The notes beneath the pieces are model-generated. The model made no database searches. It was not told where the DNA came from and worked only from the letters and a program-made list of their open reading frames with translations. The position numbers and the translations under genes are program-made. Positions 16,797 through 25,679 of a stretch of 29,434 bases of DNA are shown here, piece by piece. Origin of the DNA: Candidatus Krumholzibacteriota bacterium (GTDB lineage Bacteria > Krumholzibacteriota > Krumholzibacteriia > LZORAL124-64-63); assembly GCA_039714075.1 (NCBI GenBank), contig JBDLKA010000038.1, forward strand, positions 1-29,434. Direction: 5' to 3'. Every line of letters begins with the position of its first letter. Within the stretch, counting starts at the first letter, position 1.

Positions 16797-17969
16797 CTAC
16801 TTCAGCAGCAGCAACGGCTGCGAATCGCCCTGGCCCGATCCCGCGCCCAGGACCCGGCAGAAATAGGCTCCGCTGGGCACCCGGCTCCCCGCATTCCCCA
16901 CTCCGTTCCACTGCACCCGATGGTCGCCCGCGGTGCGGTCTTCGTTCAGCAGGGTGCGGACCAGCTTGCCGTCGACGGCAAAGATCTCGACCCGGATCGG
17001 ACCCGAGCGGGTCAGGGAAAAGTCGATGGTGGTCGTCGGATTGAAGGGATTCGGATAGATGCTGGCGATGCTCACCACCGGACCGGCCGTCGGCAGGCCG
17101 TCCTCCACGCCGCTGATGACGCCCTGGAAAATAAAGGCCACGAATTCGGGGTGGTCAATGAACGGGTTCCGGTTGCCCTGGTAGGCGTGGACGATGTCGT
17201 TGCGGTTGCGCTCCCGGTCATCCACCGGATCTTCGTTGTGCCACTGGATCAGGGTCTGCAACAGGCCCATGTAGCCCACCGAGGCGTTGCCGCTGGTGAC
17301 CAGGATCAGGCTGGGGTTGTCGGTCAGGATCAGATCGGGTTCGGCGCCCGCGTCACCCGCATACCGGACATCCGCGTAGAACTGGGCCCGGGCCACGTCG
17401 CCGCGGCGGCTGCTCCAGGTTTCCCACGCCACGGTGTTCCGGTAGTTGGTGCCCGACTGCCCGTTGTAGTTGTCCGTCGGGTAACTGGAGCACCCGGAGA
17501 CGCAATCGTCATAATAATTGTTGCTGCGGGAGCTGTTGTAGCCGTCGTCGCACAGCATCAGCATATGACAGTCCGAATAGGCCAGGTTGGTCGATCCGTC
17601 ATCGGGGAAACCGTAGCTCTTGGGCCAGGTGTGCTCCCGGTTGTATTCGTTGTTGCCCGCGCCGTATTTCTGGAAGGTGCGGTTCCGGTACACATCGATG
17701 ATCCGGCCGGAATCGTTGGGATCCTCGTCGGCCAGTTCCAGCACGTTCCAGGTGTCGGTGGCGGAAGACGTATAGGGAATCTTCGTATGCCCGTCGATGA
17801 TGTTGTGCACGGTGGCCCGTACGGTCGCGGGGCTGGTGTAGTCGACCGTGTCGTAATAACCGGCAGGAGGGTCGGCAATGGCGCCGGTGAAAGCGAAAGC
17901 CACTGCCAGAAACACACATACACGGGCCGAAGCCTTGTCCAAGAGCGATGATTTGGTCAGCGTCAGCAC
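16797..17969 (-). CDS. Secreted endonuclease I family nuclease (EndA/Bsn-like) with FlgD-Ig/T9SS-like CTD, 390 aa
   Basis: YNREHTWPKS, D.H.L, NSSRSN, RGDVARA.FY..VRY, WH..DPVD..E..RN and QGNRNPFIDHPE. C-terminal YPNPFNP.T.I...G.Y....LLLK. Signal peptide present. Confidence 0.92.
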   Translation of the reverse strand: MLTLTKSSLLDKASARVCVFLAVAFAFTGAIADPPAGYYDTVDYTSPATVRATVHNIIDGHTKIPYTSSATDTWNVLELADEDPNDSGRIIDVYRNRTFQKYGAGNNEYNREHTWPKSYGFPDDGSTNLAYSDCHMLMLCDDGYNSSRSNNYYDDCVSGCSSYPTDNYNGQSGTNYRNTVAWETWSSRRGDVARAQFYADVRYAGDAGAEPDLILTDNPSLILVTSGNASVGYMGLLQTLIQWHNEDPVDDRERNRNDIVHAYQGNRNPFIDHPEFVAFIFQGVISGVEDGLPTAGPVVSIASIYPNPFNPTTTIDFSLTRSGPIRVEIFAVDGKLVRTLLNEDRTAGDHRVQWNGVGNAGSRVPSGAYFCRVLGAGSGQGDSQPLLLLK

Positions 17970-18033
17970 CGGAATCCCCTGTCCTTTTTGAGTGTCCTCT
18001 TACCTGTTCCAAGCCCCGTCTTACAATAGGTCA

Positions 18034-18061
18034 ATAATAACAGGTCAGGCCTCATATTCAA
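18034..18061 (-). promoter_or_regulatory. Putative sigma70 promoter for the nuclease gene
   Basis: Minus strand reads TTGAAT-16 nt-TATTAT with an extended -10 TGn. Confidence 0.45.
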
Positions 18062-18097
18062 AATAGAGAACCCCGCCTCCCGAAGAAAGCGGGGCTT
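18062..18097 (-). terminator. Intrinsic terminator after the two SWGSVKAL genes
   Basis: Minus strand AGCCCCGC-TTTC-TTCG-GGAG-GCGGGGTT forms a stem with a c(UUCG)g loop, followed by CTCTATTT. Confidence 0.7.
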
Positions 18098-18118
18098 CCC
18101 ACTGAATATGATTGCGAT

Positions 18119-18742
18119 CTACCGCAGCAGAGCCTTCACCGAACCCCAGGACATTTCCTCAACGTCCACAATGGGTTCTTCGGGTTCGCACTTGCCGTCC
18201 CACTGCTCGTCGTAACCGGGTTCGATAACGGTCGAGCGAGCGCTGATACCCGTCAGGAAAGGCCAACCCAACTGGTCCACCGGGGCGATGTCGTCCAGGT
18301 GGGTGCCGCCGACCCAGTCCACCCAGCCCGCGGCCGAGCCGAGGGTGGCGGTGAACATGGTGCGGTTCAGCGTGGTGATGGTGCCGATCAGGATGGCCGT
18401 TCCGTCACTGAAAGTGGCCGGATTGGCATAATCGGCGGCCGTACCATTGTCCTCGAAGATGGTCAGCGTGCCGTTGGCGTAGTTCTGGGGGCTCGCCGAC
18501 GTACCGTCTCCCGAGATCAACTGCAGGTTCGTGATCACCATGGTGTATTCATAATTCGCGAAATCCAACGGGATGGGGGTGGTCCCGGGAGCTGGATCAT
18601 TCACGATACTGTCCATGTTCAGCATGCCCCCGGGGATCCCGGGAACCACTGCCTGTCCAAGAAAGTCGAAGAGCTGCTGTGCAGAAGCAGGAACTGCGAC
18701 GAGAAGCAGCGCCAGCAGCAGCAGGGTTATCCGTGTCCTCAT
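18119..18742 (-). CDS. Secreted hypothetical protein with C-terminal SWGSVKALLR motif, 207 aa
   Basis: GGAGG RBS, signal peptide (MRTRITLLLLALLLVAVPASA), acidic beta-rich body. Paralog of 18788-19447. Confidence 0.85.
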   Translation of the reverse strand: MRTRITLLLLALLLVAVPASAQQLFDFLGQAVVPGIPGGMLNMDSIVNDPAPGTTPIPLDFANYEYTMVITNLQLISGDGTSASPQNYANGTLTIFEDNGTAADYANPATFSDGTAILIGTITTLNRTMFTATLGSAAGWVDWVGGTHLDDIAPVDQLGWPFLTGISARSTVIEPGYDEQWDGKCEPEEPIVDVEEMSWGSVKALLR

Positions 18743-18787
18743 GTTACATCCTCCAAAGTTGAAAAGACGCCCTAGGCGCCCAGAATC

Positions 18788-19447
18788 CTAGTTGAAAAGG
18801 GCCTTCACGGAACCCCAGCTGGTGTTTTCCGTGGAAACGGCTTCCTCGATTTCAAAGACCCCGTCAACCTGAAGGTCGTAGCCGTCGGGAATCTGTGCGC
18901 CCGTGTCCGGGGTAAAGTTGCCACCCCAGGTGTAGACGCAACCGGTGCAGACATCATCGATCATGGTCCCGCCGAGACCGTCGAGCGTGCCCTCGTAGGA
19001 GCCATAGCCGGCGGCGTCCAGGAACACCGTCATGCTGTTGAAGGACCCCTGGAAATACAGGATGCCGTCAACGAAGGTGCTCGGTGAGGTGGGATTTGGA
19101 GGAGCAATGCCCCAGTCGGCGTTCATCGCGCCATCCCGATAGATTTCGAGATAGCCGCCGGTGTAGTTGATCATCACCGTGCCGCCCCCGATGGGGACCT
19201 CTCCGGTGCTGACCAGGTCGTACATGTAGAAGGTGAGCTCTTCAACGCCGAAATCGACCCCGAAAACAGGGTCGGCGGCAACACCAACGCCGGTGAAAAT
19301 CATGGTGTCCCCGGGATTGCTGGGAGGGAATCCCCCCGTCTCCCATGCATACCCATAATAATCGATGGCGGAAGCCTGACCGAAAGCCGGCATCGCAAAT
19401 GCGACCACCAGCGCCAAGGCCATGAACGGTATCGTTTTTTTCATCAT
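18788..19447 (-). CDS. Secreted hypothetical protein with C-terminal SWGSVKALFN motif, about 219 aa
   Basis: True start at ATG 19447 or 19444 (MMKKTIPFMALALVVAFAMPAFG signal peptide, GGGGG RBS). The ORF extension to 19804 is AT-richer and looks intergenic. Confidence 0.85.
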   Translation of the reverse strand: MMKKTIPFMALALVVAFAMPAFGQASAIDYYGYAWETGGFPPSNPGDTMIFTGVGVAADPVFGVDFGVEELTFYMYDLVSTGEVPIGGGTVMINYTGGYLEIYRDGAMNADWGIAPPNPTSPSTFVDGILYFQGSFNSMTVFLDAAGYGSYEGTLDGLGGTMIDDVCTGCVYTWGGNFTPDTGAQIPDGYDLQVDGVFEIEEAVSTENTSWGSVKALFN

Positions 19448-19808
19448 GAACCCCCAAACTGTTTTCCCAACCAACCATGAGGAAATTACTTCCTCGCAGC
19501 CTCCCTGCACAAAATGGGCGATACCAGAGAGAACCATTACTAATAGCCACCAATGCATGGAATAAATTTCTGCACGGTCACGAGAGGTGGATGCAGGTTT
19601 CATTCGATGCATACTATCTGGGCGAACTGTACCATATAATTCCCCAAAATTCCGCCCCTTCCCGGAGGATTTTTCCAGAAAAACGGATGATGTTGAAATA
19701 CAATCACTTAACTGGACGAATAAAATCGGGGTTTTCCCCTGGTCCAACCGATAAACATTCCCGGAAAGGGAGAGTATTTTACTGGGAATACTTCCTGAGA
19801 CCATGTCC

Positions 19809-20984
19809 CTAGATCTTGATGAATATCTTCCGGTGGAAAAGGACCCAGAGGATGCCCAGCCACAATAAGACCATGGTCAGGGCAAACAGGAACGAGCCGT
19901 TCACCGGGCCCGCCACCGTGGCAAAAATCTCATCGTACAACCAGCGTTTCAGACTCACCACACGCCCCTCCGCACCTGTCACCTGCACCAGAACCAGAAT
20001 GCGTGCCAACAATCCCGATCCCACGAAGGCCACCAGCGGATTGCTGCCGAAGACAACCATGGGCATGGTGCCGGTCCGCCAGCGCCGGACGTCCATCACC
20101 CACGATGACGCCGCCAACATCATCATGGCCAGCCCCCCGGTGAGCAGAACATAGCTGACGGTCCAAAGTTGCTTGTTCACCGGTTCCAGCGCGCAAAACA
20201 CCAAACCGCCCATCGCGACACCGGCGCCCCACGCTCCCAGCCAACGCAGCTTTTCGGTCAAAGGCCGCAGGCTGCGGATGAACTCCCCCGCGAAAAACCC
20301 CAGCATGGTCGTGGCCACCGCGGGCAGGGTGGACACCAGGCCCTCGGGATCGAAGGCGATCTTCCCGGTTTTGTAGAGATGGGCCTCACCCAAAAGGCCC
20401 ACGTCCACCCAGCGCACGAAATTGTCCGCCAATTCGAAACTGCCGCCGCCCCACCCCGGAACCAGCGGCAGCCGCATCAACAACTCGTAAAACACCAGGA
20501 AACCGCCCGTCGCCAGGGCGCGGTTCCGTGTTCGCCGGGTCAACACCACCGTCAGGCCGGCCAGCAGGTAACAAAGGGCGATCCGCTGCAGGACCCCCGG
20601 GACACGCAGACTGCCCCAGGCGCCCGAAACATCAGCCAGGGAAAAGTCGGCCGCCATGGAGGCGTTCAAAGGGATACCGAAGGGGAAACCGTTCAGAAAC
20701 AGGCCCAGGGAAAAAATTATGGCCGACCGCGAAACGATTTTCCTGATCAGATCCCCGCGCCGGGCGCCCGCGGCAACCCGCCGGGAAAAACTGAGGGAAA
20801 CAGCCACTCCGACGATAAACAGGAAAAACGGGAAAACCAGATCGGTGGGGGTCAGTCCATGCCAGGCGGCATGGCGCAAGGGCGGATGGATATGCGCCCA
20901 CGAGCCGGGATTGTTGACGAGGATCATCAAAGCGACCGTCAGGCCCCGGAACACATCCAGGGAAACCAGTCTCTCATGTCTCAC
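19809..20984 (-). CDS. Heparan-alpha-glucosaminide N-acetyltransferase-like membrane protein (NagX/DUF5009/DUF1624 type), about 391 aa
   Basis: RLVSLDVFRGLTVALMILVNNPG, HAAWHGLTPTDLVFPFFLFIVG, GVLQRIAL, FDPEG, PVNKQLWTVSYVL and FGSN. Probable GTG start at 20984, just after the upstream gene's stop. Confidence 0.9.
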   Translation of the reverse strand: MRHERLVSLDVFRGLTVALMILVNNPGSWAHIHPPLRHAAWHGLTPTDLVFPFFLFIVGVAVSLSFSRRVAAGARRGDLIRKIVSRSAIIFSLGLFLNGFPFGIPLNASMAADFSLADVSGAWGSLRVPGVLQRIALCYLLAGLTVVLTRRTRNRALATGGFLVFYELLMRLPLVPGWGGGSFELADNFVRWVDVGLLGEAHLYKTGKIAFDPEGLVSTLPAVATTMLGFFAGEFIRSLRPLTEKLRWLGAWGAGVAMGGLVFCALEPVNKQLWTVSYVLLTGGLAMMMLAASSWVMDVRRWRTGTMPMVVFGSNPLVAFVGSGLLARILVLVQVTGAEGRVVSLKRWLYDEIFATVAGPVNGSFLFALTMVLLWLGILWVLFHRKIFIKI

Positions 20985-20989
20985 AGGCG

Positions 20990-21235
20990 CTATTCGGACT
21001 CCAGCCCGATGTGGGAGCCGTCGCAATAGGGTCCGCCCGCGTTGCGCTTGCAGGTGCACAGGGCAACGGTCCTGTCTTCGGCAAGGTTGAACATATCCGG
21101 GGTGAACGAGGTGGTCCGATGTGCGCCGTCACAGAAGGGCTGGGTTTGGGATTCCCCGCAGGCACAGTAGGCATACTGGCCGGGGGAAAGTTCCAGAACG
21201 ATGGGCTTGGTTCCAGCAATCCTGGGTTTATCCAT
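20990..21235 (-). CDS. CDGSH iron-sulfur (NEET/MiNT-like) protein with two CDGSH motifs, 81 aa
   Basis: YCACGESQTQPFCDGAH and LCTCKRNAGGPYCDGSH. Confidence 0.95.
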   Translation of the reverse strand: MDKPRIAGTKPIVLELSPGQYAYCACGESQTQPFCDGAHRTTSFTPDMFNLAEDRTVALCTCKRNAGGPYCDGSHIGLESE

Positions 21236-21310
21236 GGAAACGGCCCCTTTCCTGAATGCCCCGGGTTTGGCGACCCGGGACCTCCCTGTGTGCTGCCGGA
21301 TTCCCGAAGG

Positions 21311-21340
21311 AATATACCTCCCAAGAGGTTATCTGTTCAA
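21311..21340 (-). promoter_or_regulatory. Putative sigma70 promoter for the CDGSH/NagX-like pair
   Basis: Minus strand reads TTGAAC-18 nt-TATATT, about 75 nt before the CDGSH ATG. Confidence 0.45.
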
Positions 21341-21399
21341 GTAAAGACCGTTTCCAAATTCTGCCACCTGTCCTGCCTGGGGCCGTGGGGTCCCGGCCC

Positions 21400-24138
21400 T
21401 CATTTCACCATGGTCATGCGCCTGGTCCGGGAATACTCCGCCGCATCCAGTTTGTAGAAATAAACTCCCGCCGCGGCGGCCCGTCCGGATTGATCCTGGC
21501 CACTCCACACCGCCTGGTGGTTTCCGGCGGCAAGGTCGCCGTCGTCGACCAGGGTGCGGACCAGGCGTCCGGACACATCGAAGACCCGCAACAGGACCGG
21601 ACCGGGAGCCGCCAGATTGAAGCTGATGGTGGTCGACGGGTTGAAGGGGTTGGGATAATTCTGGCCCAGCACGGCCGTCGCCCCGGGCAGGGTTCCGTCT
21701 CCGGGAACCGGACTGGCCGGATTGTAGGGTTCGTCCAGATAGTTCTCCAGGATGTACTCGACGTTCTGCCGCAGGAGAATGTGATCCATGCGGTAGGGCC
21801 GGCCCGCCAGATGCACGAACTGGCCGCCGGTCGCCCGGAAGGTGCCCCCGCCCGTGGGCGAAGCCCAGACCCCGACCCCCCGCTCTCCACTGAATCCTTC
21901 GGTGGAGACGAACAACAGGGAGCTTTCAGGACCCGTGCTGGCCAAGTAGACGTCGTTCCAGCTTTGCGAACCGATGAACGGAACATGGGCCAGGCCACCC
22001 ACCACCGATAAGTAATTGCCGAGAGTGACCGTTTCCTCGGCCCAGGTCACGCCCAGATAGGTCGTCAGGTCCCCCTCCAGGAAGGATTTGCTGCGGCGCG
22101 TCAGCAGCAGCAGATTGCCGCCGACCTCCAGGTAGGATTGGATGGGTGTTTCGGCCCACTTGGCCAGGTCGCCGTTGTAGTTGTTGCCGACCCAGATCAC
22201 GGTCGAATACTCGCCGATAACGGAGGCAGGAACCGCATCGTGGCCGATGGGCGCAGGCAGATTGGCGGGATAACCTCCCGCCGGTTCGGGGAAACAGTCC
22301 CAGAAAGTGATCGGGTTGTCGCCCCAGAACACGCTGTCGGCATAGGCGGAGGTGATTTCCACCCCGTAGGTACCCCAGTGCACCCCGTTGACCAGCAGGA
22401 TGCCCTTGTCGAAGGTGGGGTCGGTCACCTCGGTCCGGACCTGGCGCAGGATCCAGCGGTCCGGATCCAGCAGGACACTTTCGGGAGTCCCGGTCACGGT
22501 CAGCACGTAGTCCTCGGACGCCAGGCTGTTGGCGACCGTGACATCGGTCGTGCCCGTGGTCGTGGTGATCCGCAGATCGATGGGCATGGTGAACAGCCCG
22601 GTATCGGTCTGCTCCTGGACGATCGTAACGGTGATTTCGTCCACCCCGGGTCCGGTAACCCAGGAATAGCTGTAGACCGGGAAATATTCCCCGTAGATCC
22701 ACTGCTGGAAAAAGGCGGTCAGGTCCTGTCCGCTGACCGTTTCCATGGCTGCCTGCAACTCTTCGGTGGTGGCGCTGCCGAAACCATGGTTGGCGCGGTA
22801 GAGAGCCAGTCCGGCGAAGAAATCGGAATCCCCCAACACCCCGCGCAGCATGTGCACCACCCAGCTGCCCTTGTTGTAGCTGAGGTTGCCGTCGAAGATG
22901 TTTTCGGTCAGGGGATCTTCCACGAAGATGGTTCCCGCCCCGTAATACGCGGCAAAGTCCATGTACTGCCGGTAGGTGGCGATATCGTAATTCTGCTCGG
23001 CCCAGTAGGCCTCGCTCCAGGTGGCAAAACCCTCGTTCAGCCAGATGTGCCCGAAGTCCTCGCAGGTGACCATGTCGCCCCACCACTGGTGGGCCAGTTC
23101 GTGGGAAATCAGATCTTCCGACCAGCCGCCCATGCTGGTCAGGGTCTGATGCTCCATCCCGCCGCCCCAGGTGAACTCGGCGTGGCCGTATTTCTCGTTC
23201 ACAAAGGGATATTCGCCGTACGCCTGGGCGAAAACATCGATCATCGGCACGGTCAGGGCATAGTTCGGCTCCACCAGGCCGACATGGCTGGGGTAGATGT
23301 AGAACTGCACCTCCATGGGGCCGCCGCCGCCCAGGGGGTTGTACCAGTCGCTGTACTGCACATAGGGATGGATGGCCAGCGATACCAGATACGTGGCGAT
23401 GGGATAGTTCGATTTCCAGTGCGTCGTGCGCGTGGACCCGTTGTCCACGTCCGACACCACCAGGCCGTTGCTGGCCACGACCAGGTGGTCGGGCACCGTC
23501 ACGGTGACATCCACCGAATCGGCCTTGTCGCTGTTCAGGTCCTTGCAAGGCCACCAGTCGCGGGCGCCGAACGGCTCGCTCAGGGTCCAGATCATATCCT
23601 GGCCGCCATAGCTGTCCCAGCCGAAGGACCCGCCGGCGGGATTGCCGTTGTAGTCCACCGTCACGACCACCGTCTCGCCGGTGGTGTAGGCGCGGTCCAG
23701 GTCCACCGTCAACACACTGGCGATGCGGCTGAAACCCGTGCCGATGCCGCCGGCCGTGACCCCGGTCACGGTCATGTGGAGCGTCAGATTCAGGTCCATG
23801 GTGGTGATCGAAGGCCCGGTCACTTCAGCGGTCACGATTACGGTACCGGTCAGGGTGGTGGTGCCGGGATCGAGGTCCAGATCCAGGTCGTAATGATGGA
23901 CGTCATACAGGTCCTGGTTGAGGGTCTTGCCGGCTTCGGCCGCCAGCAGGCCCTTGACCAGGAGATTCTTGCTCGCGGCTTCCTGGAAGCGGTGTTCCAG
24001 GATCTCTGCGCGGGTGGCGGCCGGGTCGTCGACCGGGGCGGCAGGGGCGCCCGGCGCCGTGAAAGTCATCAATGCCAGGGCGGCGATCAGCAGGAGGATG
24101 TGTGGTCGGCGCGCGGAGACAATGGGGCGAATAGACAT
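21400..24138 (-). CDS. Secreted M1-family zinc aminopeptidase with FlgD-Ig/T9SS-like CTD, about 912 aa
   Basis: GGMEH exopeptidase motif, HELAHQWWGD...WLNEGFA (HExxH...E) and YNKG. C-terminal QNYPNPFNPST...GRLVRTL...GVYFY...RRMTMVK. Start ATG 24138 with AGGGA RBS and a signal peptide. Confidence 0.93.
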   Translation of the reverse strand: MSIRPIVSARRPHILLLIAALALMTFTAPGAPAAPVDDPAATRAEILEHRFQEAASKNLLVKGLLAAEAGKTLNQDLYDVHHYDLDLDLDPGTTTLTGTVIVTAEVTGPSITTMDLNLTLHMTVTGVTAGGIGTGFSRIASVLTVDLDRAYTTGETVVVTVDYNGNPAGGSFGWDSYGGQDMIWTLSEPFGARDWWPCKDLNSDKADSVDVTVTVPDHLVVASNGLVVSDVDNGSTRTTHWKSNYPIATYLVSLAIHPYVQYSDWYNPLGGGGPMEVQFYIYPSHVGLVEPNYALTVPMIDVFAQAYGEYPFVNEKYGHAEFTWGGGMEHQTLTSMGGWSEDLISHELAHQWWGDMVTCEDFGHIWLNEGFATWSEAYWAEQNYDIATYRQYMDFAAYYGAGTIFVEDPLTENIFDGNLSYNKGSWVVHMLRGVLGDSDFFAGLALYRANHGFGSATTEELQAAMETVSGQDLTAFFQQWIYGEYFPVYSYSWVTGPGVDEITVTIVQEQTDTGLFTMPIDLRITTTTGTTDVTVANSLASEDYVLTVTGTPESVLLDPDRWILRQVRTEVTDPTFDKGILLVNGVHWGTYGVEITSAYADSVFWGDNPITFWDCFPEPAGGYPANLPAPIGHDAVPASVIGEYSTVIWVGNNYNGDLAKWAETPIQSYLEVGGNLLLLTRRSKSFLEGDLTTYLGVTWAEETVTLGNYLSVVGGLAHVPFIGSQSWNDVYLASTGPESSLLFVSTEGFSGERGVGVWASPTGGGTFRATGGQFVHLAGRPYRMDHILLRQNVEYILENYLDEPYNPASPVPGDGTLPGATAVLGQNYPNPFNPSTTISFNLAAPGPVLLRVFDVSGRLVRTLVDDGDLAAGNHQAVWSGQDQSGRAAAAGVYFYKLDAAEYSRTRRMTMVK

Positions 24139-24192
24139 GAATCTTTCCCTATGGTTCAAGAGCAAAAACCCGGCGATTTACCCGGACCCTTG

Positions 24193-24203
24193 ATTATACC
24201 ACA
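24193..24203 (-). promoter_or_regulatory. Extended -10 promoter element for the aminopeptidase gene
   Basis: Minus strand TGTGGTATAAT (TGnTATAAT) lies 55 nt upstream of the ATG. Confidence 0.6.
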
Positions 24204-24330
24204 AAGCGGTCAGGCCCGGAAAATCAACCCCCTTGACCATGTCATGTTGAGTGGATTCAGGATACTATATGATCATATCCTTCGGGATGGACCCCCATCG
24301 CCAATGAAATCGCCAAAGAAAGGCCCGGCC

Positions 24331-25332
24331 ATGCGCAAGCTCTCCGTTCTTTTTGTATTGATGATCCTGGCCCCGGCGACCTTCGCCTCCGAACCCATCC
24401 CCCGCGTGTCCCCGGTCCGACCGGTGTCGACCTATTCGATCGTCGCCCGTGATGCGGAAACCGGCGACCTGGGCGTGGCCGTGCAGTCGCACTGGTTCAG
24501 CGTGGGCGCCCTGGTGCCCTGGGCCCGGGCCGGCGTGGGCGCGGTGGCCACCCAGTCCATGGTCGAAGCCAGTTACGGACCCAAGGGGTTGGACCTGATG
24601 GCCGCCGGTCACGACGCGGTTTCCGTTTTGTCCACCCTGCTGACCCAGGATGCGCATGCCGAAATCCGCCAGGTGGCGATGATCGATGCCGGGGGCACCG
24701 TCGCCGCTCACACCGGGGGGCGCTGCATCCCGGAAGCGGGGCATTACCTGGGTCAGGGATTCTCGGTGCAGGCCAATCTCATGGGACCGGCCACCGTTCC
24801 CGAAGCCATGGCCAAGGCTTTCGAAAAAACTTCCGGCCCCCTGGCCGAACGCATGGTAGCCGCCCTGGCCGCCGCCGAAAAAGAGGGCGGCGACATCCGC
24901 GGCCGGCAATCGGCCGCGATCCTGGTGGTGCGCGCCGAACCCACCGGCCAACCCTGGAACGACAAGCTGGTGGACCTGCGCGTGGAGGACCACCCCGAAC
25001 CCGTAAAGGAACTCGAGCGGTTGCTGCGGGTCCATCGGGGCTATGAACAGATGAACGCCGGTGATCTGGCCGTGGAAAAGGGCGACCTCGACGGGGCGGA
25101 AAAAGCCTACGCCCAGGCCGAATACATCCTGGGCGACAATCTCGAGGCCCGCTACTGGCACGCCGTGGCCATGGTCAACGCGGGGGCGGTCGAGCGGGCC
25201 CTGCCGATTTTCGCGGATATCTTCAGGCGCGGGGACAACTGGCGCGAGCTTACGCCGCGGTTGGTGGAGCCGGGATTTTTGCAGGCTGATGAAGAGACTT
25301 TGGCGAAAATCATGGCCGCGGGAGATGAATGA
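24331..25332 (+). CDS. Exported DUF1028 (Ntn-hydrolase-like) protein with C-terminal TPR, 333 aa
   Basis: Signal peptide MRKLSVLF...ATFA. Motifs TYSIVARD, GVAVQSHWFSVG, GAVATQS, QANLM, GGDIRGRQSAA and DLRVEDHPEP. The 5' part of the 1064-aa listed ORF is antisense to the M1 gene. Confidence 0.9.
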   Translation: MRKLSVLFVLMILAPATFASEPIPRVSPVRPVSTYSIVARDAETGDLGVAVQSHWFSVGALVPWARAGVGAVATQSMVEASYGPKGLDLMAAGHDAVSVLSTLLTQDAHAEIRQVAMIDAGGTVAAHTGGRCIPEAGHYLGQGFSVQANLMGPATVPEAMAKAFEKTSGPLAERMVAALAAAEKEGGDIRGRQSAAILVVRAEPTGQPWNDKLVDLRVEDHPEPVKELERLLRVHRGYEQMNAGDLAVEKGDLDGAEKAYAQAEYILGDNLEARYWHAVAMVNAGAVERALPIFADIFRRGDNWRELTPRLVEPGFLQADEETLAKIMAAGDE

Positions 25333-25362
25333 TCGGCCTGCAGCCAATCACAATCATCAATG

Positions 25363-25384
25363 CGAAAAAGGCCCCCCGGGGGGC
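25363..25384 (-). terminator. Possible intrinsic terminator for the HTH/small membrane protein pair
   Basis: Palindrome GCCCCCCGGGGGGC followed on the minus strand by CTTTTT. Confidence 0.45.
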
Positions 25385-25417
25385 AGAATTATGTCAAGTC
25401 GGAGCGGGCCGTCGAGG

Positions 25418-25651
25418 TCAGATGAAATCCGAATCTTCGTCCCCGTTGCCCTTTTCCCGGGCCTGCCTCGCCACGGATTCCAGGATCCGCCCGATAACGA
25501 AGTAGAGGATCCACGGCAAGGCCAGAGCAAAAACCAGGAGGGGCGCCAGGCGGACCACTTCCTGGCTGCCGTCGAAATAGGGAATTCCGGTCAGCAGGAT
25601 CAGGTTCAGGAATAGCGGAATCATGAGGTAGGGGTTGCGCTTCAGGATCAT
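25418..25651 (-). CDS. Small hypothetical membrane protein with two TM segments, 77 aa
   Basis: GGGGAG RBS, two hydrophobic stretches and a charged tail. It lies 28 nt downstream of the HTH gene. Confidence 0.65.
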   Translation of the reverse strand: MILKRNPYLMIPLFLNLILLTGIPYFDGSQEVVRLAPLLVFALALPWILYFVIGRILESVARQAREKGNGDEDSDFI

Positions 25652-25679
25652 TTGGTCTCCCCTTTGTTCCCGTCCGATA

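Noticed and set aside
19448..19804. N-terminal extension of the 338-aa ORF
   Set aside because: AT-richer sequence that looks intergenic. The signal peptide and RBS point to a start at 19447 or 19444.
22138..24330. N-terminal 731 codons of the 1064-aa plus-strand ORF, an apparent giant DUF1028 fusion
   Set aside because: Antisense to the M1 aminopeptidase. The real gene starts at ATG 24331 with its own signal peptide.
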